Source: Desulfobacterales bacterium (GTDB taxonomy: Bacteria > Desulfobacterota > Desulfobacteria > Desulfobacterales > SURF-7). Taken from it: a stretch of DNA of 64,000 nt. The stretch lies in contig JANQFQ010000035.1 in NCBI GenBank assembly GCA_028277765.1, positions 38,615-102,614 of the forward strand, read 5' to 3'. The translations under genes were made by a program, and so were the position numbers. The notes under the pieces are model-generated. The model did not search any database and was not told the DNA's origin. It was given only the letters and a program-made list of their open reading frames with translations. Shown piece by piece: positions 8,534-18,420 of the stretch; positions within the stretch are counted from its first letter, which is position 1; each line of letters begins with the position of its first letter.

Positions 8534-9355
8534 ATGACCTCAATATACCTGGAAGACATTAAGACTGAAAAGATTTCAGATTTAACAAGAATAACTGACA
8601 TTACAGACAATTGGAGTTTAGGCGGAATTCCAAACGGCGGTTATTTGATGTCAATGGCAGCAAAGGCAATGGCAGAGGACCTTTCCCATAAGGACCCGGT
8701 TACGGTGACAGGACATTTTCCGGGCAAGGTAGCACCGGGTGAGGGTGTCCTGAAAAATGAGATCATCAGTGAGGGCCGCAGTTTTTCAACAGCTGCCGCA
8801 AGACTAATTCAGGATGATACTGAAAAAGTAAGATTCACAGGGACTTTTACTAATCTTAAAGACAAAGGCTTTAATTATCTTGAGCATGAATCTCCGGTCA
8901 TACCGGGGGTGGATGAATGTTTTCCGTTTGAGGCGGATGTTCCGATAAACCATCGGTATGATTTGTTATATACACCGGAAACGGGAGGATGGCTGTCAGG
9001 GAAGACCACTGAACGGGCCGAGGTGCTTGGCTGGATCCGGTTTTCCGATGGCACTGAACCGGACATATACAGCCTCCTGCTGATAGCTGATTCGGTTCCG
9101 AGGGCTATTTTTGCACGGATCGGTCCGATAGGGTGGATCCCAACCATGGAATTTACCGTCCATGTAAGACAACGGCCCGCTAAAGGCTGGCTTAAATTTC
9201 GCTTTTCCACACGGTTTGTCACCAACGGTTTTCTTGAAGATGACGGGGAACTGTGGGACAGCGAGGGTAAACTCGTGGCGATTTCACGGCAGACAGGGAA
9301 GCTGATACTGCCGAAGGATACCGGGACATCATTTCTTGCGGGTTCAAAGATTTAA
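8534..9355 (+). CDS. Acyl-CoA thioesterase, double-hotdog (TesB-like) family
   Basis: 273 aa. The N-terminal GGIPNGGYLMSMAAKAM and the overall length fit TesB-like thioesterases. The call is by pattern only. Confidence 0.6.
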   Translation: MTSIYLEDIKTEKISDLTRITDITDNWSLGGIPNGGYLMSMAAKAMAEDLSHKDPVTVTGHFPGKVAPGEGVLKNEIISEGRSFSTAAARLIQDDTEKVRFTGTFTNLKDKGFNYLEHESPVIPGVDECFPFEADVPINHRYDLLYTPETGGWLSGKTTERAEVLGWIRFSDGTEPDIYSLLLIADSVPRAIFARIGPIGWIPTMEFTVHVRQRPAKGWLKFRFSTRFVTNGFLEDDGELWDSEGKLVAISRQTGKLILPKDTGTSFLAGSKI

Positions 9356-9494
9356 AGAAGTGACTTGAATTTCATTGAAAGTGCCTTATGTTATCTATAA
9401 GTCTCTTTAGGCATTTATAACTTTGTTAAAAAAATCCTTTAAGAGGTAAACAATTTGGGTCCTATGGGCCGGAAGATTTTGGGAGACAAAACAT

Positions 9495-11315
9495 ATGAAC
9501 GGGTGGATGGGAAATATATTGAGGATAAATTTGACGACAGGAAAAACAGGTTTAGAAGATCTTGATCCTGAGGCTGCCAGGATGTTCATAGGGGGACATG
9601 GCCTTGGAGCAAAAATACTCATGGATGAAGTTGACCCTAAAATCGATCCTTTATCAGCAGAGAACAAGCTGATTTTTTCCACTGGTCCACTTACAGGTAC
9701 GGCTGCACCAGCAAGCTCAAGGTACATGGTTATTGCCAAATCACCCCTTACAGGACTGCTTGGATTCGCGAACAGCGGCGGTTTTTTTGGGCCTGCCATA
9801 AAAACTGCTGGATATGATCATATCATTATTGAAGGGAAGGCCGACAAACCGGTTTATATATGGATAGATGACGATACTGTTGAGATCAGGGATGCCGATC
9901 ATATCTGGGGTAAAGATACCCATGAAACAGAAGATATTATCCGTGGAGAAGTGGAAGGCACCGGCAAACGCGCAAGGGTGGCATGTATAGGACCTGCGGG
10001 TGAAAAACTGGTAAAGATTGCTGCGATTATGAATGACAAGCACAGGGCAGCTGCCAGGTGCGGCCTGGGAGCTGTGATGGGTTCCAAGAATCTCAAAGGA
10101 ATGGCCGTGCGGGGGTCAAAAAAGCCCAGCATTGCTGATCCAGATCGTTTTAAAAAAATCAATAAATCATCAAGGGAGAAGATCAAGGCCAATCCTGTTA
10201 CAAATGAAATCTGGCCGGCAATGGGGACCGCGTCAGGTGTGATGATGTTTAAGGAGCTGGGTGTTATTCCATCAAAGAATTTCCAGGATTCCTACAATAA
10301 AGACTACGGGCCGATAAGCGGTGAAGTCCTGTCTGAGAAATTCCTGAAAAAACCGAAGGCCTGTTTTTCCTGTCCTCTGCGATGCGGCAGAGGTACGGAA
10401 GTGACAGAGCCGGGTTTTGAGGGCGAGGGTGAGGGGCCGGAATATGAGACCGTGGGGATGTTCGGGCCTAACCTGGAGATTAACAGCCTGGCTGCTGTGA
10501 CAAAGGCGAATTATATCTGCAATGAGCTCGGTATTGACACGATTTCTTTTGGCGGAACGCTTGGATGCGCGTTTGAGCTATATGAAAAAGGATATCTTAC
10601 AAAGGAAGATACAGGTATTGAACTGACATTCGGAGACGGCCACCTGCTTGTAAAACTTGCTGAGATGACAGGGAAAAGAGAGGGCTTTGGCGACATGCTC
10701 GCTGAGGGCGGATACCGCATCGCGGAAAAATACGGTCATCCTGAACTGTTCATGGGGGTTCATAAAATGGAGATCCCTTCATATGATCCCCGTGCTGTAA
10801 AAGGGATGGGGATAACATACATGACATCTTCTATCGGACCGAGTCATGGCAGGGGATATACGGTTGCCCTTGAAGTATACGGTTCGCCCGAAATGCTGGA
10901 CCCGGTCGCGGAAAAAGGGAAAGCAGCAGTGGCTATAGAAAAGCAGAATCAGTCATGCGCCTGGGACGCTACAGGACTGTGTATTTTTGTCTCCATGGGT
11001 ATTGAAGATAATGATGCACTGGCGCTGCTGTCAGCAGCCACCGGAGAGACGTTTGACGAGCTTGGCTTTATAAAAGCAGGAGAGAGGATATTTAACCTTC
11101 AACGTCTTTTTAACTTAAAGGCCGGCATTAAAAAGGAAGATGAAATTCTCCCGGAAAGATTATTAAAGGAACCGTTGCCTGACGGTATGAATGCTGGTTC
11201 AACACTTTCTCTTGAAGAAGAATTAAAAGCGTATTATAAGTTGAGGGGTTGGGATGGGGATTATGTGCCGACGAAGGAGAAACTGGAGGAGTTGGGATTG
11301 TCTGATTATATTTAG
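9495..11315 (+). CDS. aor: Tungsten-type aldehyde:ferredoxin oxidoreductase (AOR-2)
   Basis: 606 aa. It begins MNGWMGNILRINLTTGK and carries GGHGLGAKIL, GPLTGT, KSPLTG and CFSCPLRCGR. It is collinear with AOR-1 and AOR-3. Confidence 0.9.
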   Translation: MNGWMGNILRINLTTGKTGLEDLDPEAARMFIGGHGLGAKILMDEVDPKIDPLSAENKLIFSTGPLTGTAAPASSRYMVIAKSPLTGLLGFANSGGFFGPAIKTAGYDHIIIEGKADKPVYIWIDDDTVEIRDADHIWGKDTHETEDIIRGEVEGTGKRARVACIGPAGEKLVKIAAIMNDKHRAAARCGLGAVMGSKNLKGMAVRGSKKPSIADPDRFKKINKSSREKIKANPVTNEIWPAMGTASGVMMFKELGVIPSKNFQDSYNKDYGPISGEVLSEKFLKKPKACFSCPLRCGRGTEVTEPGFEGEGEGPEYETVGMFGPNLEINSLAAVTKANYICNELGIDTISFGGTLGCAFELYEKGYLTKEDTGIELTFGDGHLLVKLAEMTGKREGFGDMLAEGGYRIAEKYGHPELFMGVHKMEIPSYDPRAVKGMGITYMTSSIGPSHGRGYTVALEVYGSPEMLDPVAEKGKAAVAIEKQNQSCAWDATGLCIFVSMGIEDNDALALLSAATGETFDELGFIKAGERIFNLQRLFNLKAGIKKEDEILPERLLKEPLPDGMNAGSTLSLEEELKAYYKLRGWDGDYVPTKEKLEELGLSDYI

Positions 11316-11340
11316 TTATTAGTTTCCATGTTAGGGGTTT

Positions 11341-11431
11341 TCTAGGCTCTAGATGCTGGATGCTAGATCCTGGATGTTTGGTTCGGAATTCTGATCGGTT
11401 TTTTATCCAGTATCAAGGATCTAGAAACTAG
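11341..11431. repeat. Family-4 (GATGCTAGAT / CTGGATG-word) palindromic element
   Basis: TCTAGGCTCTAGATGCTGGATGCTAGATCCTGGATG ... ATCCAGTATCAAGGATCTAGAAACTAG. A second copy lies at 61791-61940. Confidence 0.5.
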
Positions 11432-11439
11432 TAAAAATC

Positions 11440-11514
11440 GTAGGGTAGGCTGTGCCCACCAAACAAGTCAGCATACATGATGAATCAGTAGATGGTGAGC
11501 ACAGCCCACCCTAC
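11440..11514. repeat. GTAGGG-family inverted pair (REP-like)
   Basis: GTAGGGTAGGCTGTGCCCACC (11440-11460) and GGTGAGCACAGCCCACCCTAC (11494-11514) are near-perfect reverse complements. Confidence 0.75.
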
Positions 11515-11530
11515 ATTTTATTTTAAGAAA

Positions 11531-11593
11531 GGCAGAGCGAAGCGATACCACAACTTTAGGCACTTTAGCGCACTTTAGCGCATTTTAGGCACT
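11531..11593. repeat. Family-2 half element (reverse orientation)
   Basis: GGCAGAGCGAAGCGATACCACAACTTTAGGCACTTTAGCGCACTTTAGCGCATTTTAGGCACT is the reverse complement of the GTGCCTAAAGTTGTGGTATCGCTTCGCTCTGCC arm seen at 43185 and 48776. Confidence 0.6.
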
Positions 11594-11654
11594 TCTATTT
11601 ATAACATTAGACAGTTGAGCTCACTTAAGACTTTTAACAAAAAAGGAGACAGGA

Positions 11655-12656
11655 ATGAAGACCATAGACGTCCACAGTCACTTATACCCACAGGAATGGG
11701 TTGATTATTTAATCGGGAGAACAGAGTGCCCGAAAATTGAAAAAAAGGGGGAAAACGCACTGATCTTTTTTTCGCATGATGTGAGATGCTCCAGTGCGGA
11801 CAGTTCTGTATACTTTGAACCCCAGGACAGGATAAATGACCTTGACCAATGTGGAATTGATGTGCAGATTCTCAGCTTGACAGCACCGGGTGTTGAGGAG
11901 CTTCCTGTTAAGGAAGGGGTGCACTGGGCGAAAAAGGTTAATGATTATTTCGCGGATGTCTGCGCGAAATTTCCAGGGCGGTTCTATGCCTATGCGTCAC
12001 TTCCATTCCAGGATGTGGATGAAGCATTAAAAGAATTGGACCGGGCATATAATGATCTTGGGGTCAAAGGGATTGCGATGCTGTCTCATGTTAATTTTAC
12101 GCCTCTTTCTGATGATCAGTTCCTGCCTATTTATGAAAAAGCATCTGAGTATAATCTGCCGATATTGATTCATCCTGGTGTTCCATATACTGGTAAGCTC
12201 ATGCTCCAGCATAAAATTATACCTGCCCTGTATGGTTTTCTGCTGGATACAACTATGGCAGTTACCAGCCTGATCTGGAGTGGTGTCCTGGAGAAGTGCC
12301 CGGGTATCAAAATCATTCACGGTCATCTTGGCGGTATGGTTCCTTATCTTGTCAAAAGAATTGAAGACTGCTGGCAGTTTTATTTAAAATCATTTGGAGG
12401 GCAGGAACTTCCGCTAACACCAACCGAATATTACAAGCGTCAGGTTTATACGGATATTATTTCTGGTTATATGCCGGCGGTAAAATGCTGTCTCGAGTTT
12501 ATGGGGGCTGACCATATGATACTCGGTTCAGACTATCCTTTCAGTGTGGGCGGGTGGGATACGGCCGTTGATTTTGTAAAGCAGATAGGGCTTTCTGAAG
12601 ATGAGACCAACATGATTCTCGGGGATACAGCTGCGAAGATTTTTAATATTACTTAA
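11655..12656 (+). CDS. Amidohydrolase-2 family protein (ACMSD/LigW-type non-oxidative decarboxylase or hydratase fold)
   Basis: It starts MKTIDVHSHLYP (HxH metal motif). An internal HPG, GHLGG and a C-terminal GSDYPF are typical of amidohydrolase_2. An AGGAGA RBS precedes the start. Confidence 0.8.
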   Translation: MKTIDVHSHLYPQEWVDYLIGRTECPKIEKKGENALIFFSHDVRCSSADSSVYFEPQDRINDLDQCGIDVQILSLTAPGVEELPVKEGVHWAKKVNDYFADVCAKFPGRFYAYASLPFQDVDEALKELDRAYNDLGVKGIAMLSHVNFTPLSDDQFLPIYEKASEYNLPILIHPGVPYTGKLMLQHKIIPALYGFLLDTTMAVTSLIWSGVLEKCPGIKIIHGHLGGMVPYLVKRIEDCWQFYLKSFGGQELPLTPTEYYKRQVYTDIISGYMPAVKCCLEFMGADHMILGSDYPFSVGGWDTAVDFVKQIGLSEDETNMILGDTAAKIFNIT

Positions 12657-12848
12657 AAACCAAAAGGGATCACTTGATGAGCGTAACCTGATACCTCTTG
12701 ATATACTGTTTTTAAAAATCTTTTACTCAAAGATGGTTAAAACCTTTACATAAGATTTGGCAGTTACCCATTGGAAGATATTGTATGTTGTATACTAACA
12801 ATAATAATACTAATAATATTGTATAGCCAGAATCGTCTTTTTATTTAA

Positions 12849-13535
12849 ATGGGTTTGACTGAATTCAGAACAGCACTATTAATGGGAGCTTCCGGCCTTG
12901 TGGGTGGTCATTGCCTGGAATATCTGCTGGCAGCATCTTGTTATACACAGGTTAACGTCCTGGTTCGGAAATCACTCGGTATTGATCATCCCAAGCTGAT
13001 AGAACATATCATCGATTTTGAAAAACTTGGTGATGATGCGGATCTTTTTCAGGTGAATGACGTCTTAAGCTGCCTGGGAGTTAAAGGCGCGTTGTCAGCA
13101 TATGAGTTTGAGCAGGTGGAATACGGATATCCAGTGACAGCCGCAAAGGCGGCTTGTAAAAAGGGCGCTGACCAGTTCCTAGTGGTAACTGCCATGGGTG
13201 CCAGTCCATGGGCGCCGTCAGCCCTGTTTAAGTACAAGGGACGCTTGGAAAAAGCATTAAAACAGATCCCTTTGAAAGGATTGCATATTTTCCGTCCATC
13301 GTTGATCGTCGGTGACCGTCAAACACGAAGACCTGATGAAGAGGCGCTTTATCAGTTGTTTAGAAAAATTACCTTTATCATTAAGCCATTGAGAAAATGG
13401 TTGTATATCCATGGGCAAACCATTGCATTCACCATGGTTCAAACTGCCAGCCAAGGCAGAACAGGCATTCATATTTATAACACAAATAAAATACTAGCTG
13501 ATTATAATCGCAGGCAAAACAATTTTAGCTGTTAA
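12849..13535 (+). CDS. NAD(P)H-binding (atypical SDR / HTATIP2-like) protein
   Basis: An N-terminal Rossmann motif LLMGASGLVGGH is present and the ORF is 228 aa. There is no clear RBS. Confidence 0.6.
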   Translation: MGLTEFRTALLMGASGLVGGHCLEYLLAASCYTQVNVLVRKSLGIDHPKLIEHIIDFEKLGDDADLFQVNDVLSCLGVKGALSAYEFEQVEYGYPVTAAKAACKKGADQFLVVTAMGASPWAPSALFKYKGRLEKALKQIPLKGLHIFRPSLIVGDRQTRRPDEEALYQLFRKITFIIKPLRKWLYIHGQTIAFTMVQTASQGRTGIHIYNTNKILADYNRRQNNFSC

Positions 13536-13539
13536 TATT

Positions 13540-13866
13540 TCAGATAATTTTTGCTGAAATTTTATCCATCAATTGTGCTGTACTGTTTCTCAGTTTTTTT
13601 AGAACAGGGTTGTTATGAATAACGATTAACTCATCCAGTTCTTCATCTGTAAACATTTCACTATAAACTTCTTCAGCAATACCAATACTCTTTGCAAATT
13701 CTTCAGGATACGCATCTTTAATCTTTTTCAGGCCTTCAGCCACCTGACTGTCCATTGCTTCTGCTTTTTTTACAAAATAATTAAATGAAAAGTCGATGAC
13801 GGTCGCGTAATGATTACTCGCTTCTGATGCTTCCAGAAATGCCTTTGCTTTTTCTTCTGATCCCAT
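13540..13866 (-). CDS. Small helical hypothetical protein (possibly DUF2059-like)
   Basis: 108-aa ORF with an AAGGAG RBS. The MFTDEELDELIVIHNNPVLKKL segment resembles the DUF2059 core. This is a weak call. Confidence 0.4.
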   Translation of the reverse strand: MGSEEKAKAFLEASEASNHYATVIDFSFNYFVKKAEAMDSQVAEGLKKIKDAYPEEFAKSIGIAEEVYSEMFTDEELDELIVIHNNPVLKKLRNSTAQLMDKISAKII

Positions 13867-14032
13867 TTGTTTCTCCTTGTGTTGATGTTTTAATACTAAA
13901 ATTCTTCAGTTGGCTTATAAATTATTCTTGGCCTAATTGCCAGTGTTTTTAAGATAAATTTTCAGCTGGGTCAATTTATAATATATCTATTATTAACAAT
14001 ATATCTGTTTTTTGTAAAAAAGAATCTCTTTT

Positions 14033-15025
14033 CTATCTTTTTTCAAATTTCTTTTTGGAATCAAAACCTGTTGTTATTCCATAAAATGCTCCTAATCCAG
14101 GTGTGAATACAGTTAAAAAAATATTCAGGGAAGTGATCATGCTGTATAAAAAACTGCTTGACGTTCGAAATCCTTCAACCAGACAGATGAGAGCAAGAAG
14201 GATAATTGTAAATGCATAAAATTTTAAAAAAGATGCTGAAAAAAAACATATTATGATGCCCAGAAATAGATAAGCGGTTACTAGCGGTGGCAAAAGAAGA
14301 TAAGTATTTTTCAGGCAAGGTTCTTTCTTGAACAGATTGAATATACTCATGCCATAAACAAACCGCTGTTTCAAAAAAGACCTAAAAACCTTTCTCCTGT
14401 GATGATACACAACGACATCTTTTGAATAATAAATCTTTTTTCCCTTTGATATGATCCTGTGACAAAGTTCAAGGTCTTCACCGGTAGTCAGTTCAGGATT
14501 AAACTTGCCGATCAAGTCGATCATGTCTTTCCTTATAAAAAGATTGCAAGTAGGTAAATCCTCTACAAACCTGTTTTCTGATATTTTGTTCTGATAACAT
14601 TTCATGCCTGAGACAATTGGCGATTTAATTGAATTAGAAGCGCAGGTTTCTCTGATATCCGCGTCTGGTGGGAGTATGTGCGGTCCTCCGACCGCGTCAA
14701 TGTCGTGATTTTCTAAAAATATTTTAACAGCATTATCAAGCCAGTTCTTTTGCGGATATGCATCAGAATCAATAAAAGCGAAAATTTCAGTATCCTGGCT
14801 GGCATGCATCATGGCAAGATTCCGCTTTTGCGAAATGGTTTCTGCGCCGCTAACGAGATGCTTTACTTTGTTATTTACAGGTATGTTTTGTGGTTCATCA
14901 GAAACGATAATAAGTTCATACTCCGGGTAATTCAGACTTAAAATTGTTTTAACACATTTTTCCATGAGTCTGTCATGGTCTACAAAAGGCACAATAACTG
15001 ATACAAATGGTTTATCTTTTAACAT
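14033..15025 (-). CDS. Family-2 glycosyltransferase with C-terminal transmembrane helices
   Basis: N-terminal VSVIVPF, a DSDAYP (DxD) motif and a hydrophobic C-terminal third. It overlaps the upstream radical-SAM gene by 14 nt. Confidence 0.8.
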   Translation of the reverse strand: MLKDKPFVSVIVPFVDHDRLMEKCVKTILSLNYPEYELIIVSDEPQNIPVNNKVKHLVSGAETISQKRNLAMMHASQDTEIFAFIDSDAYPQKNWLDNAVKIFLENHDIDAVGGPHILPPDADIRETCASNSIKSPIVSGMKCYQNKISENRFVEDLPTCNLFIRKDMIDLIGKFNPELTTGEDLELCHRIISKGKKIYYSKDVVVYHHRRKVFRSFLKQRFVYGMSIFNLFKKEPCLKNTYLLLPPLVTAYLFLGIIICFFSASFLKFYAFTIILLALICLVEGFRTSSSFLYSMITSLNIFLTVFTPGLGAFYGITTGFDSKKKFEKR

Positions 15026-16085
15026 ATCTCAGCAGTTTGAAATATTCTATGGGATTAAACAATATATTTATATAGACAAAACAACCATGATCACACCAGC
15101 AGTTTTTATTTTTAATTTCACTTCTGACTTTTTCAGCGGTTTCAGAGAACCATATATCCCTGAAATCAGCATTTTTCAAATTTCCAAATTTTTTATAAAT
15201 TTCACAGGGCCATACATCGCCGTAACAATCCACATAGGCGGTTAGTTGTCCCGCGTAACAGGGCCAATCTCTTTTTTTGTCTTTATTTGTTTTGCAGGCG
15301 ATGTCATAATACCTTGCTTTGGTCGAATGAAAAAAGCCTAGAATATCAAATTGATAACCTTTATTATCTAGTGTGATTTCCTGTAGTTTTTTTTTGTTTT
15401 CCTGAAAAAATTGCTGATCAGGCGGTTTAACGGTTTCATCAGGCGGGCGGCTCCGCATAAAAGAAAAATTATGCGTGCTCAATCCGGGAAAATGTTTTCT
15501 GACATAGTTATATATTTTTAGGTACTTGTCCATATTAAGCGAACTTAAACAGGTGGTTATACTTATTTCGAAATGATCACTCTGAATTCTGGATAATTTA
15601 TTATAAGTTTCAACTACTTTTTCAAAAATTCCGTCTATCCCCCTGATCTTATCATGATCCTTTCCGATACCATCCAGGGACAATAATACAACAAATCTTT
15701 TTTTATATACATCCAGGATTTTCGTAACGGTTTCAAATATCCTGTCAGGTAAAAGCGCATTTGTTGGAATGCTGAGATGATTCATGGCTGTATTTTTATT
15801 AAAGATATTAATAACTTCCGGGAGGTCTTCTCTTAAAAAAGGTTCGCCGCCGCTTAATGCAAGAGCCAATAGTTTACTATCCATAGACCGGGTGAACCTA
15901 TCAATTTCATCAAGGCTTAGTTCATTTTTTTTGTCTTCAACTGTCTGCCAGTTATAACAAAAAGAGCACCTGGCATTACACAAGGATGTGGGTTCAAAGA
16001 TCATATAGATCGGAAGAGAGCCCTTTTTTTTTATAATTTTCTTGGCAAATTTTAGATTGTTTTTGATGATATTAAAAGGATTCAT
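15012..16085 (-). CDS. Radical SAM protein with a SPASM/twitch-like Cys-rich C-terminus
   Basis: A CNARCSFC (Cx3Cx2C) motif lies at about residue 35, so there is no N-terminal RRE-sized extension. The C-terminal cysteines are WPCYAG...CYGDVWPC...CWCDHGC. The start overlaps the upstream stop (TAATG). Confidence 0.8.
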   Translation of the reverse strand: MNPFNIIKNNLKFAKKIIKKKGSLPIYMIFEPTSLCNARCSFCYNWQTVEDKKNELSLDEIDRFTRSMDSKLLALALSGGEPFLREDLPEVINIFNKNTAMNHLSIPTNALLPDRIFETVTKILDVYKKRFVVLLSLDGIGKDHDKIRGIDGIFEKVVETYNKLSRIQSDHFEISITTCLSSLNMDKYLKIYNYVRKHFPGLSTHNFSFMRSRPPDETVKPPDQQFFQENKKKLQEITLDNKGYQFDILGFFHSTKARYYDIACKTNKDKKRDWPCYAGQLTAYVDCYGDVWPCEIYKKFGNLKNADFRDIWFSETAEKVRSEIKNKNCWCDHGCFVYINILFNPIEYFKLLRYVKR

Positions 16086-16684
16086 TAATCTGGTATGCTA
16101 AAGCATTCCAGAAAGTATATTGCTTTTTTATCTGAGCCGATATTCTCCGACCAACTACCAACACCGTATAAAAACAAATCATTACCATATGTATAAACGT
16201 CCACGATACCCCAGTAATCTTTACCCAGGTGTTTCATCTTAATTTTTAGTGTAGGGGTGACCACGCCCGCACGTTCGATACGGCTTTTACTGATGACTTT
16301 ACCTTCCTTTTCTTGAAAAACGTTTTCCGCTAAATTTGCAGCCATAAGATCCTGAAATTCTTCCACGGACATCGTTTCTCTTACAATGCCGTATAGTCTT
16401 TCACATACGACCACAAAAAATTCGGTAACCTTACCTTTGCCTAAGGCTTCATAATGACGGACGGTTATCATAAAGCCGTTACCTAGGTTTTCATCCGAAA
16501 CCATTTCTTTAAAATTATAACTTTTAGGGATTTCAACTTCAAAGGTCCTTTTGGGGTCAATATAGGATTTGAAACCGCCGCCGTAAGGGCCAAAAGAATC
16601 GCATCCAGAAAGGGGCATAAAGATGAGCGTAGCCAGAATAACTACTAATGGTAAAGTTGTAAAATATAATCTAGTTTTATTCAT
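16085..16684 (-). CDS. Lipoprotein, function unknown
   Basis: A signal peptide with lipobox PLSGC and a GGAGAAG RBS. It is the first gene of the 3-gene low-GC operon. Confidence 0.6.
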   Translation of the reverse strand: MNKTRLYFTTLPLVVILATLIFMPLSGCDSFGPYGGGFKSYIDPKRTFEVEIPKSYNFKEMVSDENLGNGFMITVRHYEALGKGKVTEFFVVVCERLYGIVRETMSVEEFQDLMAANLAENVFQEKEGKVISKSRIERAGVVTPTLKIKMKHLGKDYWGIVDVYTYGNDLFLYGVGSWSENIGSDKKAIYFLECFSIPD

Positions 16685-16954
16685 TGTGACTTCTCCATAT
16701 CAAAGTTAGTTTTTTTCAAGAATAAGTTTTAAACAGATAAAACATCTACTTTTTTTAGACAAACAAAGTTGCTGGATTATAAAACTATATATCATCTATT
16801 TAGCTTCAAGTACAATGAATTTTTGTTTTTATTTGACATTTTATTGGCTATTAGGTTATTCGGATAAACTGGCTTATTTATATAGTTTGATAGACCATAC
16901 AGGTATATGCAAAAATTTTTTAAAAAAAATAAAAAAGAAGGAAAGGAGAAAAAG

Positions 16955-18415
16955 ATGGCTTATAATGATTTTCGTGAATACATTGACAGCCTTGATGAAG
17001 AAGGGGAACTGGTCCGCATCAAACAGGAGATAGACTGGAACCTTGAGATGAGCGCCATAACAAGACGATCGTATGATCTTAAAGCGCCAGCTCCCTTTTT
17101 TGAAAAGATTAAAGATTATGACGCGAGTTTTCGGGCCATGGGAGCCCCTGCAGGAGTCAGCAGCAGACCTGACCGGTTTTACGCAAGGCTTGCCCTGACG
17201 CTGGGAATGGATCCAGGTGCGACCGGTACAGAAATTATTGAAGAATATATCAAGAGGAGGAACAATCCGATTAAGCCAGTTATGGTTGATACCGGCCTCT
17301 GCAAAGAGAATATTGACACCGGAGATGATATTGATCTCCTTAAATTTCCAATACCTTACCTCCATGAAGGGGACGGTGGCAGGTATATTGGCACATGGGC
17401 CAATATTATCACAAAAGATCCTGATACTGGTTGGGTAAATTGGGGCATGTACAGGGTGATGATACATGATAAAAAGACCATGGGGATATCTATCCTTCCG
17501 CATAAACATATCGGCATGATGTATTACCAAAAATATGAGGCAAGGGATAAACCGATGGAGTTCGCAATGACCATGGGTGATGATCCTGTGCTGTCGATTG
17601 TTGGATGTGCCTTTCTGCCGCCACAGATGAGCGAAGTAGATGTGGCAGGCGGATTAAGGGAAAAGGCCGTTGAACTGATCAAGTGCGAAACAGTCGACCT
17701 GGAAGTTCCGGCAAACTCGGAAATTGTTGTTGAAGGCATTATTCCTCCTAAAGAGCGGATGGATGAAGGACCTTTTGGAGAATATACAGGCTATGTGGCA
17801 GGCGGTGTTCAACCGAGGCCGATATGTAAAGTGTCAGCGGTTACTTATAGGAATGATCCGATTCTTCCGATTTCATGCATGGGAATGCCGATAGATGATT
17901 GCCACGCTGTCATGCCGGTAACGATTGCTGCAGAGCTTTTAAGTGATCTGAGAAAACAGCAGCTCCCGGTAAAAGATGTTTATCTTCCGCCTGAAGGATT
18001 TAACCATATGGCGGTCGTTTCGACCAGAGTGAATCCGTTTGGCGGTTATGTCCAGAAGCTGGCCCATTCTATCTGGGCATCTAAGGCAGGGACTAACCTA
18101 AGCTATGTTGTTATTGTTGACGGTGACGTGGATGTTACCAATATGGAAGAAGTAGTTCACGCCATGGTCGCAAAATGCCATCCTTATAAAAATATATACA
18201 GGTTCAAGGATTCTTCATGCAGTCCGCTGATGCCATGGCTGTCTCCTGAAGACCGGAAAAAAGGTGTAGGCGGGGCATATGTGCTGTTTGATTGCACATG
18301 GCCGAAAGACCTGCCGCCCGCGGCAATTCCAAAGAAGGTAACCCTGGATGTGGCATGGCCCAAAGAGGTTTATGATAAGATCGTGGCTAACTGGAAAGAG
18401 TATGGATATGAATAA
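16955..18415 (+). CDS. UbiD-family (prFMN-dependent) decarboxylase/carboxylase
   Basis: The N-terminus is MAYNDFREYIDSLDEEGELVRIKQEIDW, and the length (486 aa) and EGPFGEYTGY motif are typical of UbiD enzymes. The start was moved to the ATG at 16955, behind GGAAAGGAGA. Confidence 0.9.
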   Translation: MAYNDFREYIDSLDEEGELVRIKQEIDWNLEMSAITRRSYDLKAPAPFFEKIKDYDASFRAMGAPAGVSSRPDRFYARLALTLGMDPGATGTEIIEEYIKRRNNPIKPVMVDTGLCKENIDTGDDIDLLKFPIPYLHEGDGGRYIGTWANIITKDPDTGWVNWGMYRVMIHDKKTMGISILPHKHIGMMYYQKYEARDKPMEFAMTMGDDPVLSIVGCAFLPPQMSEVDVAGGLREKAVELIKCETVDLEVPANSEIVVEGIIPPKERMDEGPFGEYTGYVAGGVQPRPICKVSAVTYRNDPILPISCMGMPIDDCHAVMPVTIAAELLSDLRKQQLPVKDVYLPPEGFNHMAVVSTRVNPFGGYVQKLAHSIWASKAGTNLSYVVIVDGDVDVTNMEEVVHAMVAKCHPYKNIYRFKDSSCSPLMPWLSPEDRKKGVGGAYVLFDCTWPKDLPPAAIPKKVTLDVAWPKEVYDKIVANWKEYGYE

Positions 18416-18420
18416 AGGCT

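Noticed and set aside
16706-16795. A 29-aa minus-strand mini-ORF (MIYSFIIQQLCLSKKSRCFICLKLILEKN, three Cys) lies upstream of the lipoprotein/radical-SAM/GT2 operon. It could be a RiPP precursor.
   Set aside because: It has no Shine-Dalgarno sequence and sits in very AT-rich promoter DNA where such ORFs arise by chance. The radical SAM protein lacks an N-terminal RRE-type peptide-binding extension. It is worth only a quick conservation check.
16874-17530. A 218-aa minus-strand ORF overlaps the 5' part of the UbiD-family gene.
   Set aside because: It is antisense to a gene with unmistakable UbiD motifs, and its translation has no recognisable features.
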